DNA of 64,000 nucleotides from Holothuria leucospilota (taxonomy: Eukaryota): assembly GCA_029531755.1 (NCBI GenBank), contig CM055964.1:36034802-36098801 (forward strand). Direction: 5' to 3'. This document shows positions 1 to 13,736 of the stretch, piece after piece (within the stretch, counting starts at the first letter, position 1; every line of letters starts with the position of its first letter). Under the pieces are notes generated by a model. The model was not told where the DNA came from, made no database searches, and was given only the letters and a program-made list of their open reading frames with translations. The position numbers were made by a program, and so were the translations under genes.

Positions 1-2139
1 CACTGCCACAGAATCTATAGTTTTGATTGGACAATGAAAAGATGTACTCACTAGCTTATAACAAATACAATTCGTCATCTTGTTTTAAAATTTCATTGGT
101 CTATTTAAAAACAAGTTCAGTAGCTTATAACTAAGCTTCTCTTGGCAACCTGTTTCTAAGTGATTGTGTACATGCGTAGCTAGGTTTTTCGCCGTGGCGC
201 GGTTTATGATGTAAATACTGTAGTCTACTGTGCCGTGAATTGAAGTCCATGCACTGTAGCTGGCGACAGAATCTTACCATGGAAGTGCTACCAGGTATTA
301 GTACTTCGTCGGAGATAGTACTTCCATGGTGAATTAATGGCCATACTCAGGGCATGGAAGTAGTAACTACCACTTCCATGGTCAGGGAGTTCGATTGGAA
401 TCTCAGGCTTATAAATAAACTGTTTCACGTAAGAGGTTTAGCTAGTAGTACGAGGCCCGTAGCCACCAGACAAAGTGTTAGGAGCTGGGGAGTCTCCAAG
501 AACTTTCGACCCTAGAAATTTTTATTGCCTTTATTTCTGGCCCACTAAAAATACCTGCAGACATTTCAAACCTCACTTGGACTTTCAAACCGAGTCAATT
601 ACAAAACTTCGACCCTCAGTTCACTCCAAGTTCAAGTTGAAGGTATGGCGCAATGTATACCAGGGTGATTGCGTATAAATGATTGACATGTAGGCCAGGG
701 AACCTGGGGAGCAGTTCTTGAAGTGAGGGGAACAGGGATGAAAAATAAGGTAACTGTTCCTACAGCACACAGTCAATGTACCGACACTTAGTGTCAAAGG
801 GTTATCACTTAACAAGTCACCCCCCGCACCCGTGACCCTCCATCCACCCAGGGGTGGCTCCAGGACTGCCCAACGGGAGGACCAGAGACTCGAAGCCTCA
901 GACAGCTCTGATCCCGTCGAGAGGTTGGTGAGGGAGAATTTGAAAAAAACCTGTGTACTATACCATATCATTGCGAGGCATATTTTGCATAAAACTTGCA
1001 TTTACTAGAGGATAATTTGTTCCGCGCCTGTTTAATGTTTTGCCGGACTCTAAGCTGTGAAAAAGGGCGCGAAGCACGTGAAATTGTTTTGGGTGAGCCT
1101 ATACACTAAAAAGAATCTGTGCTTATTTAAAGCTTACATAGGTCAATTTTCCTGGCAGATGGGGAGTCGGGCACAACTTACATTTTACTCCCCTCCTCGA
1201 GTCACTAGCCGTACCGCAAGACAGATACATACCGCAAGACAGACAAGAGAACATTAACTAAGTCTAGCGAAATGAGATGAAATTCCCGACATTTACTAAT
1301 TCCATGTATTCTACTTATGAAGTTACTTGAAAAGATGCAAAGGGAATGTAGCCCAGTTAGCTATAGGTAACGGATCTGAGGACCAGTGGATAAAGCGCGC
1401 CGAAAATTTTGGGTTTTATCTCAGAAATGACCCTGTTTGGAAAGCCAAAATAAATAGACCATGCACATGTGGTGATAGAATTTTCCCGACAGGGGGGCGG
1501 GCCATGCCAGCGATCCCAAGTTCCGTCAGCTCCTTTACCGAGGGGGTGGTGAGAAGTAGATATGAAGGTGCCTGACTATCTCATGCCATTGCAGGGCATA
1601 TTTTGCACAAATCACTTATAACTTCAAGAGCCGACTTGCGCACTGATAGTGTTCTTTTGAGTCTGAATCGTGAAATTGCAAAGCGCGCGAAGCGGGCGAA
1701 AATTTTTAGTAGGCTTAGCCTACATCAGTGACTGGCCTACATTAAAAATATATGTTATTATTAAGAACAATAAAAAAAAAAATAAAAAATGTAGGGGTTG
1801 TAGACCGTATCGGGGATAACATACATTGTGTCGAAAGCACCTGGACTGCCCGATGGAATAGCCAAACTTTGCTCCGTTAGTCGCTCGCGCATGACACACA
1901 CGAGAGAACGGCAAATAGCTTTGCGTTAATAGGATGAAATTTACGACCTCCACATAACCTGTGTGCTCTGCCTTCAACAATTATTTGTCGGATGTTTCCC
2001 GTGCATACACGCCATAGGTTACTACTTGAGTTGTAGCGTGCAGTGGTGTAATATTATAAAGGGGGCCAGGGACTATACGGGATAGTGTCTATAGCCCCCC
2101 CCCCCCGTGTCAATTGTCCCCGGCGCCCCGTCTCATTCG

Positions 2140-2290
2140 TCCCCCGTCTCATTGGTCCCCTAACCCTTACCATAACCTTAACCCGGGGGACTAATGAGAC
2201 AGGGAACTAATGAGAGGGGGGACTAATGAGACGGAATAATGAGCGGTTGCCTAATGAGACGGGGATTACTGAGACGAATTACGCTAAATG
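2140..2290. repeat. Degenerate telomere-like repeats (ccctaacccttaccataaccttaaccc) centred between inverted tandem motifs: gtctcattNgtcccc x2 upstream and gggRactaatgagac x5 downstream.
   Basis: ccgtctcattcgtcccccgtctcattggtcccctaacccttaccataaccttaacccgggggactaatgagacagggaactaatgagaggggggactaatgagacggaataatgagcggttgcctaatgagacgggg. Confidence 0.75.
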
Positions 2291-5200
2291 GGGGACCAAG
2301 GGACGGGAACCAATGGGACGCCGGGGTACTATAGAGCGGATCCTCTCCATACACTGGCCAGGGGGCGCAAAGTGAAGGCAGACGAAAAAAGAAAAATTGA
2401 GAAAAAGATAGGAAAACAAAGAATAAGAAAGGAAAATGAAAGCTTGCGTACTTTTCGCGCCCCTCCGCCTCCTAGGAATTGTTAAGTCGTGATGGGAATT
2501 AGAGCACTTAAATTGAGCGGTATGGTACGGTCATTTTCTTTTGTTGTAAGGGGCTCTGGGGGCGCACGTCGAGTCCCTTAACGACCCTTGTGACGCCACT
2601 GCTACAACGTGCTGACTCTGATTTCATCTTTATGGGCAGTCGGAGTATCAGTATGGTTCATACGTCGAGCGGATAGTGATAATACACAGACAAAATGTTT
2701 ACTGAATCAGTCTGTTAAAATGACAGTTCTGTTTCTACTTCACTTTTGACCTATATGTTTCTCTTTGCATGCGCCCACGCGTCTCAGTATCATCGGAAGG
2801 TGCCCGCTTGCAACAGGGACTCGGACAGAGTTAGCCTTTGTCAGGGCTTTTCTGGCATTTATTATCCCTCCTTTGTTATTTCGATTCGAATATTTGCATT
2901 CACCTAGCCGGCCTGGTATTTACTGCGCCTCCACAGATCTAGCCTCGGCATCAAGCGTAGCGCATACTGGGGGGAGTATAACACAGAGGAGGTAACAGCC
3001 AGTGTTTACAGGGGGAGGTGAAAGAAACTTACGCCGGAAAGACTCGGCAGAGGCTAGGACAGAGTTAGCTTTTCTATACTAGAATTTTTGATCCGCGTGA
3101 TAGAATGCCTATAGGGGAACCGCCTAACTGTATTTTGAGATCGAAAATCAGTTTTGTTTTCCTAATAGGGCCTAATGGAGGACAATCTCTTCTCCTGCAT
3201 TGCTGTACTATGTGGTGTTGTAGCAAACTTCGATAAGCAATCCTTGATAGTTAGATAACGTGCCTACCTATATAATCCATGCGATATTGTCTCCCGCTAA
3301 CTAATATAGCTAACTGGCGATAGAACTGGGACACCGGGACAGCATAGCCCAAACAAGCCCGGCTACCCAAGGAGGCGAGGCCCCCGGAAAAAAATTTCGC
3401 CACCGAGAAGATAAAAAATTACTTCTGCCAGTCTTAATGCATTTTAGTGTGTCTTGCCTCCTCTGAAAATCCTCCCCCCCCCCCCACGTAGAAGCTATAT
3501 ATCTCGCCTTTTCATACCTTGTCTGACTAAGGGCGTGAACCAAAACCGGGGACAGCCGCGATCGAACTGCCAGGCAGTTCGAATCTTTGCCCTTTGAAGC
3601 ATTTCACCCCCTTTGTTGATTCTCGTATGGCTACATGGCCTGAACCAGGAGTAATTGCGGCGATTTGTGTTGCAACGTGGAAAGGGTTGAAAAAACCACC
3701 AAAAAGAAGAAAAAAGGTGTATTTTCGTATAGGCCTACACGGGTTTTTTCACTAGGTGTTGTATGGGAAATTTCCCGGGGAAATTTCCAGAAGAAAGAAT
3801 AAGTTTGGAAGTCGGAACACTGCGGAAAATTCAGGAATTGGAAGAAGTTTTTTTGTTGTTTTATTCAAATACAAACCTTTTATCTTGTTATGAGGTTCGC
3901 CCCTGATGAAACAGCGGCGAATAGCACACTGGTAATGTTCTCGGAAGTTCACGAAATGACCATGGTTATACTTGAGGATGTATTTTGAGTCTCGGACAAG
4001 TACGTGTTTAGGGTGCTTTCAAAAAAGCAATGGTCAAGCTTGATACCCCCTTGTCAATGATCAGTGCCCCCCTCCCCCGGGGTTGTATCAATAAAAGGGA
4101 TTGGAAACACGGGGAAACGAAAAAGCCAAACAAATTTTAATATCACAATATCCACGCAATAGTTGAAATAAGTATGAGGCTAGTTTGCTGGAGAAAGATT
4201 CATCTAAAACGTCCTGTTGAAATTGAAAACAAATTTTTCAAAATGGTTAAGAATAAAAATCTTGTCAAATATTTCAATATTATCAACTGAGCTGTTTCAT
4301 TTTTAACCAGTCTTTGTAAAGGTTGAATCAAATTTAGTCAAACCCAGTTCTGGTTCATGCCCCAATGGATAAGATATAAGTTTAGAGTTCTGTGGCAACT
4401 CTCATTGTTACATGGGGATATTCCAATGCGCGCAAAACGCCCCGACAAATTGGTTTTTCATGGTCAATAGAGGTGAATATTACTGTCGTTGACAGAAAGT
4501 TTAGTGAAAAGAAAGAGATTCAATTCCCCTCAACCAAAACACCATAAGGATAATGCCTTATAGCCTAAGTCTACAGGCAAACATTAGCAAATACTGGGTT
4601 TTGTCATAAATTTGAAGGTACTCTGTCCTCATAACCAAATTATTGGAGGGGACTGCATTCCCACAACTTCACCAGGTTTAGCTAATATCACTTTAGTTGA
4701 CCAAATCTACATGAAGATTATGTAGGTTTTACCTTACCAATCAGATTATAGAGGGAAGGTACACTTCTGCCGGGCTGTCTTTTTGATCACCGAACTCCTA
4801 CTCCTGTTAGTGTGCGTGCGAAGCGCTTGAAAAAAATCGTTTTTGATGACTTTTACGTCATCGGAAAGTCTAACACTCGCACAAGTATCACCAGGTATTA
4901 CAATTTTTGCCAAAATATCAATTTCGTTCCTTATTTTGAATAACATATATTAGTTGCGTGTCAAGCAAGAACTCAACATTGCCGGCCCGATAGGCCTATC
5001 CGTTAATTGTAGTTGAGATAAATCAACTGATTTATAGACAAATGTAATTTGTGCAAGGCCCGTGAGGTAAGGAGCACTACATATCATGTGCTTGTTTGTT
5101 TGTGATGATCCTCCCCAGCACCAGCGTAACTGAAGGGGGGCAGGGGTGGTCGCCCCCCCCCCCACTTGGCTTCCGGGGATGGTCTGTCGGTACATTTGCT

Positions 5201-6230
5201 GATCTTGTCGGTACATCCGTCCGGTGTAAACGACGACTAGTCTCCCCGACGGTTTACCAGTTTTTGCTCTCAAGAGCACAACTTCTCTAATAAGAACCCA
5301 AAATTTTCTTCGTCATCACTTTTCTCGGTATAACAAATATTTATCGGTGCCAAATATAAACACAAAAGTTAACTGTTTACAATTGTTGCTGAAAACGGAC
5401 AAACTTTACGGAAATCACAGTACAACCCGGAAAATACAAAAAAATTGAGAAAACGAAAAGCGCATGAAAAATTGAAAACACTCAAACATAAGTAAAGTTA
5501 ATAATTTCTCATCCTTTTCAAACTAATGTTATGCCATTTTACAAATCAAATCAATTGTGATCCAAGTCTGTACAAATCCACTAAAATTGTAAAATCTCGA
5601 CTTGATCTTCAAGTTTCGTTGTAAATTGAAATAACTTACGGCACATAATATTCTTACTATCGTTGCTGTACTTGATCCCATTGGCGGCGACTTGTTTTCA
5701 ATATTGAGGGGTGGGGACATGACCCCATTTTCATATAATTTACTGTGTGAAAAATCAAAGTCAATGTGCGATTTCTCAAATATTGGGGGGGGGGACATGT
5801 CCCCATTGTCCTCCCTCCCTCGGATCGCCGACCATACTGAATCCTACCTTTACAATGGAAATCGACTATGACAAATGGAAATCTGCATGTGCAAATTAGA
5901 AAACGGATATACAAAACTAAATCTGGAATTTACATACGTAAATTTCTCTCTAGGCCTATATCCAAATATGGCTGCGACTGTTCGGTGGACTTGTATTACT
6001 CCTGCTCCTATATTCACTGTAAAAATTGATTAACACTTTTTTGTAACAGATAATAAACGCGTCTTGGCGTTTATGTAACAGAAAAAACAATAAAATACAT
6101 AAGCAAATTAAACGTCTAAAACGCCAACTTTAACACATTGACGCCACTTTAAAGCCATCTCGTAAACACGTTTATGCGTTTATTTCATGATAACTGTAAA
6201 CATCAAGTTGTTTTTAATAAAGAAAAATTA

Positions 6231-6368
<138 letters not shown>

Positions 6369-6625
6369 GTTTTCTACCAGTTTAGCCCTGACTAAGTGAG
6401 ACTGTAGGTTTCTTGGTTGACGGTATATAACCTGAGGGGGACTGGAAAGGACATTCATTAGGTTAGGGGAAAGCTGTAAAATGTGGAAATATTTGTTTAT
6501 AATGGATCTAAGGTTAGGGAGTCTAGGATTACGTGTAGAACCTGGACTCTTATATAAGGGACACCAAACATGTTCTTAATATAATTAAAGAAATCAATGA
6601 CTCTGGGCCTCTCCCCCAAGGCACC

Positions 6626-7153
6626 ATGATGTTTACCATTGACGTAAAATCAATGTACCCTAGCATGCCAAGATCTCTAGGAGTGGAAGCGGTTAAAAGA
6701 GCTCTGGAGGAGAGGGAAACAAAAATTCCATCAACAGAAAATATCTTACGTTGTCTCGATATATGTCTTAGGGAAAACAATTTTGAGTTTAATGGGAGAC
6801 ATTTTACCCAAATTCACGGGACTTCCATCGGTCCGAAGATGGCACCGGGATATGCTTGTTTAGGGATGGGTCTTTTTGAGGAGGAACTCAAGTCTAAATT
6901 ACATCCTAATCAACTACCTTTTAAGTGGTATAGATATATAGACGATATCTGGGGGTTATGGTTGCAAGGGGAGGAAGAATTTCTAGTTTTTGTTAATGTG
7001 ATGAATAGCCTTTACCCAGGGGTTCTAGAATTTACTTATGAATTAAGTGATTCTGAGGTATGTTTTCTTGATCTTCGCATCAAATTGGAAGGCGGAGTAC
7101 TGACTACTGATCTGCATACTACCTTCCAATCTCAACCTTTACCTACATTATGA
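6626..7153 (+). pseudogene. Reverse transcriptase domain fragment of the Penelope-like element.
   Basis: The 175-aa ORF contains FTIDVKSMYPSMP, GTSIGPKMAPGYACLG, YRYIDDIWGLW and FLDLRIKLEGG. The N-terminal part of the RT is missing and the frame is broken downstream. Confidence 0.8.
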
Positions 7154-7503
7154 CTCGTACCATAGTAATTGTACGAAAAAGGGAATTGTATTTAGTCAGG
7201 CTTTGAGGGTCAAAATGATATGCTCTGATCCAGAAAAGACCCAACAACATTTCGGGGAGCTTAGGTCTAATTTTCAAGACAGAGGTTACCCCTCCTCCAT
7301 CGTAGACCCAGCTTGCGAAAGGGTTCAAAATCTATCCAGAGAGGACCTTTTGGCTGGCAAAGGTAGGAGAACTCGGAAGCCTGTTAGGGCCCCCCTTGTT
7401 GTTACACGTAATCCTAGACTCCCTAACCTTAGATCCATTATAAACAAATATTTCCACATTTTACAGCTTTCCAAGAAACCTACAGTCTCACTTAGTCAGG
7501 GCT

Positions 7504-7758
7504 AAACTGGTAGAAAACGTCAAAAATGTTCACAAGGGTTGTTATAAGACCCATTTTAAGAATTGTGTTACCTGTAATGTCCTACAGGAAACTGACAGAG
7601 TTTACAGCAATGCTACCGGAGAAACGTTTGCCATTTTTAGCACCATAACTTGTACGTCGGTAGGGGTGGTTTACTTAATTAACTGTAAGGACTGTGGGAA
7701 ACAGTATGTGGGTGAAACGGGAGGCATCAATGTAAAAGATGTGCGTACCGTGAGTTAA
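7504..7758 (+). pseudogene. GIY-YIG endonuclease domain fragment of the Penelope-like element. It lies in a different frame from the RT, separated by a linker ORF at 7203-7505 in a third frame.
   Basis: Translation ..KTHFKNCVTCNVLQETDRVYSNATGETFAIFSTITCTSVGVVYLINCKDCGKQYVGETGGINVKDVRTVS* carries the GIY...YIG-like motifs (VYLI ... YVGET) and a CxxC zinc-finger-like motif, as in PLE endonucleases. Confidence 0.7.
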
Positions 7759-7979
7759 TCCTCTTTTTTAACCTTTTCGATTTGGTTCGTTCGCTTTTCT
7801 TAAACTTTTGGCTTGGGCTTTTCTTTGTTCGTATTACGGCCCTATGTGAAGCAGCTATGCTCAGTGTTATTCGTTTTTTGGTGACCAAGGATAGCAGAAC
7901 TATCCGAAACGTCCTGTTTTTTACAGTCTTCTGCATGGGAAATTGGGTAGATCTACAGGAACTTCTAGTTTTTTGTTTT

Positions 7980-8112
<133 letters not shown>

Positions 8113-9959
8113 TGTAAACGTGTTTGCGGAGTGCATTTTAATTGACGTCATTATCCTTATCATGTGTTAATATTCGTTCAGTCATTTACTGTGCGTATCC
8201 ATTTTGTTGTTCATTGTCTAATTCTTAAACGCCATATATGTGTTAAAAATGAAGACGTCTATTTTTACAGTGAATTGGCTACAGTATAACAATGGGCTCT
8301 AACTTCAAGCATTAGTGTGTTTCCATTGCTTCATGGTACAGACTTGGTTTAACTGAGTACCAAAACAAAGAGCAAAGACAAATCTTTCTAATGATATTGT
8401 TTTCTTGTGTCTATAAAGAAAATAATTTTTCCAAAATAAGGGAGGAATCTTTGTTAATTCGTATTTTTGACAAATTTCGACCAAATCCTGGGAAGGAACA
8501 AAAAATTCATGTGGGAGCAAGCTATCCCCTAACTACCCAAAAAATAACTTTTTCCTATGTCTAAATACTTCCTAAAAACATCGTGAAAAACTTGGGACCA
8601 TAGTTAGCTGATTCTCCAAGATATTGCAAGTTTTGTCTTCAAAAAATGTCAAAATTTTCCAAATTCTAGCCCCCAAATGATCTCTTTTTAAAGAATGATA
8701 GCATCGAACGGTTCAAACCTCTATACATGCTAAAGCAAGAGTGATTGCTTTTGGCTTTCTCACACAATAATAAACCCAGAAGATTTATTTTTTGAGGGGG
8801 TGGGAGGGGGGAAATTTCTCTAAAGATACATACTGCCGTCGAGCCCAAATCAAAGCCAGCCAAGCATTTTTAGTGTTAGGTTCTGTGGGTTCACTTACTG
8901 TTCAGTATGTAGACAGCTGTATGGTAGCAATTATCCGTCGACTTTGGCGAAGAACCCAGGGTCGAAAACCAAACGTTACTCCCGGAGTTCTGCTCCCAAA
9001 AGGAGTTACGTCCCTAAGGGAAGCTAAGACTTAACAATGATGACCAACCTCTTGACTTCAGATCTCTACAACATGGGTCTGTCCATACGTGGCCCTGTTC
9101 TAGATCGACTCTGAAAAGAACAATTACTACATGATCTTAGCCAAAAGGCCACGAAGCCTGTACAACTGTGCGTTGAGGTACATCAAATACGATGATAGCC
9201 CTGCGTTGCCTTGGCAAGGCAATATTCACTTTTTCCAAAGTCCTCAAAGTAGAGGGGACTTTGGAAAAAGTATCAGGGAGATGTTTACCGACGTAGCAGC
9301 TTCCTCTTCTGAAGGTCAAGAGTCATATTAAGTCTGAGAGTCCGGGGGCGTAGCTCCTGGGGAGGGGGGCAGAACTTCGGGAGTAACGCTTGGTTTTCGT
9401 CATTGGGCTCTTCACCAAAGAGAGAGTAGAGGGGACTGTGGGAAAAGATGAGCTTCCTGGTCGTATTCAGTCTCATGCAGAGTCGAGTATGAGATATGCA
9501 AGTCTCCTCTCGACTATAGTAGCCTTTGTTCTGTAGAAGAAAAAACACCCCCTAAAAAAAGGTGTAATCCCCCTTCGGTGCCTCCACCAGAAAAATCCTG
9601 GCTGCGCTAGTGCAAAAGCAGTGTCATTTGTATATAAATTGAAGTTAGATTTTTCATCCTGATGTCCACATTTTTTTGGCCATGACAATGCTCTGATGCG
9701 CAAGCTTCTTTGGCGACAAGTACCAAGATGAAATGGAGAATTTCAGTTTAACGACTGTCCATAAAAGTTTAAATATAGAAATCTTTCCTTGTTTTAATAC
9801 GATTTTGATTTGTCATCTTCTTCAAACATTGCTCAAATCTAAAACAATTCCAGCTATTCTGACAAACTTTCGCTTCAGTAAAAAACAAAATCGAAATAAC
9901 GAAATGAAAGTTTTGAGGAATTTGTCATCGCAGTGAACTGAAATGAGATTTATGGCTGT

Positions 9960-10085
9960 GACGAATAATGACGAAAATTCAACAAGTGAGTATGACGACT
10001 GACAACGAAACTGAAGGTGTTACGTGCAAGCAGTGGCTTTTTCATTGTCATACTGGCAGCACTAATCTTCGTTGACCCGGACGTG
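9960..10085 (+). repeat. Direct repeat copy 1 of about 115 bp. Copy 2 lies at 10735-10845, about 650 bp away, and the intervening 10320-10450 stretch is pyrimidine-rich low complexity.
   Basis: tatgacgactgacaacgaaactgaaggtgttacgtgcaagcagtggctttttcattgtcatactggcagcactaatct versus tatgacgactggcaacgaaactgaaggtgttatacatctatgagcagtggctgtttcattgccatcctggcaatgcagcactaatct. Confidence 0.85.
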
Positions 10086-13000
10086 TATTAGCCTACGTCA
10101 ACACCTAAAATGGACTACGTAACAACATGTACGGTAGGAAGAGGATATTCCGACGCCTGCTATTAAATAAGGTTACCATCCGAACGAGCCTTGCTTCAAA
10201 GCAGTCGCGTAGCCAGCTTTCCCAGTCAGGGGGCAAGGGCAATTTTCTTCCCAATCTTGACATTTCGCCCCGGACTTCCCTGAGCCCCAGTTTCGGGATC
10301 GCAGGCCTGGCGCCGGGACTGGCGGCCTTAGGTGTATTTATTTTTCTTCTCCTTTTCTATTCCTACTTCTTTTTTCCTTTTCTTCTCCCTCATTTTCCTC
10401 CTTCCCTCCCTCCTTAATTTCCCCTTTTTTCCTTCCCCTTGCCGATTTTCCCTCTCGATTTTTTCAGGGGCGGCCCCTGCCCCCACTGGCTACGCCACTG
10501 CTTCAAAGGGTTACAGACTGCTGTGTATCTAATTATGTGAAAAAAACCGAACTGAATGAAAGGATATCCGGATAGCCAATTGGCAAGAGAGGAATTGTCC
10601 ACGTGAGAGGTCAGTTGGAAATTTCAGGTGGAAACATGGGCATGGCTATTTTGCAGCCATGATGCCGTTTGAGATTCTTTTGGAATGGTGGCGAGCCCGT
10701 AGGCAAGGCGCGGGTGGAGCTTCCTGGAATGTTCGCAATTTGACAATTGTATATGACGACTGGCAACGAAACTGAAGGTGTTATACATCTATGAGCAGTG
10801 GCTGTTTCATTGCCATCCTGGCAATGCAGCACTAATCTGGAATATTAAAAATTACTAGAGCATTAATGCATTTAAGTATGTCTCGCACCCCTAAGAAAAC
10901 ATCCCCCCCTGAAAGCTACCCCTTTTAGTAGCCTTCCTCGTCAGGCTACGGGCATGAATGGTGGAGCAATAAAACAAACGGGTCTGGACTACCTTTGTGA
11001 AGGACAACAAATTTTGTGACAGGGGACTTCGCGAGGTTTCCCCTCCATTCGGTATGGATCATTCCAAACGATGAGTGTAGCATCAATGATACCACAACAC
11101 CAGCAATGGAAGACTATAAATACTGCAGAAAAATTATACCTACTGCGCTTACCAAACTTGTAAAACATTTTTTTTTTACGTAAAGAACTTTCAATTGAAA
11201 CTTTCTCTAGGGAAGCAATTTTTTGTAAATCCTGAAAAAAAGAATGGCTTAAAACATTTTGCCATAAATTTGTCAAAGAGCGTAATATGAAAGAAAACTT
11301 CCTAATGTATACATACAGGCATAGGCTTAGGAAGATTTTCAAGATGGAAGTGGGGGGGGGGGGATTGAAGGGGTAATATGTGAAGTTATCTAAGCTTAGC
11401 GCCACCATTAGTTAGCCCGTAGTGGGCAAAAAGATTTGGCACAAAATGCCACCCAGAATGCAGGAGATGACACATTCCGGGCCTTGAAAGTTGCGTCTTG
11501 GCATTCAATAGGTGTAAAAATGTATGCCTCCACAAAAACAAATAAATAAAATAAACTTAAAATCACTTTGTAGGGCAAAACAGTACTGGATGTTACCCTG
11601 TAAGCTTACATAAACTTGGTATAACTATAACTCATTTAAGTAAAGACAGAAAATTGACTGTAGAATTCTGGTCCATGAAAGGTTTCTATATTTGTAGATC
11701 AGGGTGGGGGTACCAGGGGAATGTGTGTCCCCCTCCCGTTATAGGAAATTTTTCATTCTGACGATACCTTCACGCAAAATGGTGGCATTTACAACACAGG
11801 AAGTTGACCCACACGATTGATCTAACTTTTTCAAAATTTTTAAATACACTCGTGAATTTGACCATGAAGCTACAGCAATCCATGATTGAAGGTACGGTAG
11901 CCTATTGCCATGCATTAAATCGTCCATACTTAGCAAAATACGTCGTTAAGGGAATAAATACAAGGAATAATGATGCCGTTTCAATCTCTTGACTTAGGCC
12001 CAGCCAAAACATAGGAAAATATAACTAAATGATAAGGTTATGAATTGGTACATATATAATCAGTTCAAAGCTTTGCCAACGATAGCACAATTTTGCACCT
12101 AAGCCAGGCTTTACATGCACCTCTCCCCTCAGCACCCTCCTAACGGATGACACTCATGCACAGGTTAAAACTGAGGAAAGGTCTGCCCGGGCGTCAACTA
12201 TCTGTATAGGCACGCCACTTGGTGCCCCGCTTAGCTGGTGTCGTGAACTGCCCCCTAGAGGTTTTGCCCAGGCTGCGCCCTGGCTTCCAATGGGGAAGGA
12301 GCAAAGGGGAGAACAGGTATAACAAAATGTGTAGAGGACTAATAAGCACATGTTTAATAATGCTCTTACACTGGAAATGTATTAAGCAATTAATGACTTT
12401 CTTGAGACTTGAAATTGTACCTCTAGCTTTTGGAAATAAGTTTTTCGCCAGAATAATTCTTGCACATAATTTCGTAGTAATGGTCACCAGGCACATGGAG
12501 TGTAAACTAGCCATTGATCGCAGAAATTTTGCATTCGAATTGTTGTAAAATGTAAACCCTTCACCGTTGAACAAGAAGAATGTGTTTGAAACGGTATGAA
12601 TGATAAACAATAGAAATGATGGTAAAGCGCGCGGAGAGAGAAAATTTTGAGTTTTTGAAGGACTTGTGAAATATTTGAGTTTGCGAACGATTTGTGACGG
12701 GAAATGATTAAAATAAATACATCACTGGCGGTCGAAAAAACACCTTACCCTAACATCGCATAAACGCCGTTTGGGCTTATTTTAAAACATTTCGGAAATA
12801 CTTAGAAGAGGGAACGCAGCCCCCTATCCCCCTCCACTCGTGCAGCAGCCACAAAAGTACAGTATTATCAGTAGCCTACATAGTTAAGAAAGTTATCGTT
12901 TAGAGAATATTTTAGCTGTGGTATTGCACTCCCCAAGGCCGGTGCCCGGGCGAACAGCTCCTTTTAGTGCGTTACTTGGTATAACAAAACAAATCATTGG

Positions 13001-13473
13001 AGGACAAGCATGGAATGACCCAGGAGTCTGTCTCTGGCCTTTGATGTGTGTCCAGGGGCAATATGATCGTTTTGCACTTATTAGACCACAGATGTCACAA
13101 TTTAATACCTTTGTAATCATAGCCTGTCCCAGACTGTGACCAGGCGGTCGGTGTGATGATGCATGGGGATTGAGAAGGAGGCTAGATCAATGATGGTATG
13201 GGTTGTGTATAGGTTTTTGATACAATAGTATCACATAAGCTGTCCAAAATGGGCCCGTGGGCTGGAAGGTCACTGAAAAATGCCATACAAAGGCAATTTA
13301 GTAATTATCCAAAGTCTAAAGCACTTATCGTAAGCTCTTTCTAATTGAACAAGGAGCTACAGCTATGTGTAATTTTTGGATAAGTGCTGAATTTATTTGG
13401 GGGAAAGTGGGGACAAGGAAAAGTCTGAGCATTTCCCTCACGACCCCGTACTGTCACCACTGTTTACCGTGTA

Positions 13474-13736
13474 CACTCTAAAAAAAATCTGGTGAAATTT
13501 TCACCAGATTCCGTGTTCATATGCTACCCACACAGTCCTGGTTAATTTAACCAGGAATTCTTATTCGACTTAACGAAAAACTGGTTAAAAACTAGAATAA
13601 TAACCAGGTATTTGGTTAAATTCACCGGTGTATTGGTTCACATGACCATTATTTCCTGGTGAAATAAATAACCAGGATTGTGTAGGTGGCATATCAACAT
13701 GGACTGGTGAAATTTCACCAGACGTTTTTTAGAGTG
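13474..13736. mobile_element. MITE of about 263 bp with roughly 35-bp TIRs (CACTCTAAAAAAAATCTGGTGAAATTTCACCAG ... CTGGTGAAATTTCACCAGACGTTTTTTAGAGTG), possibly flanked by TA.
   Basis: The terminal inverted repeats are visible directly. Internally AT-rich with further sub-palindromes (ggttaatttaaccagg). Confidence 0.65.

Noticed and set aside
3520-3600. tRNA-like T-loop strings (ggcagttcgaatc; another at 58225 gtttcgaacgcc).
   Set aside because: No cloverleaf can be drawn. There is no acceptor-stem pairing, no D-loop, and no properly positioned A/B boxes. The first is part of a simple inverted repeat (gaactgcc/ggcagttc) and the second is part of the foldback terminal sequence.
12154-12610. A cluster of three overlapping ORFs of 65-138 aa.
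   Set aside because: The peptides are of mixed low complexity, overlap on opposite strands, and have no recognisable domain. They are recorded in the findings only as an unverified candidate region.
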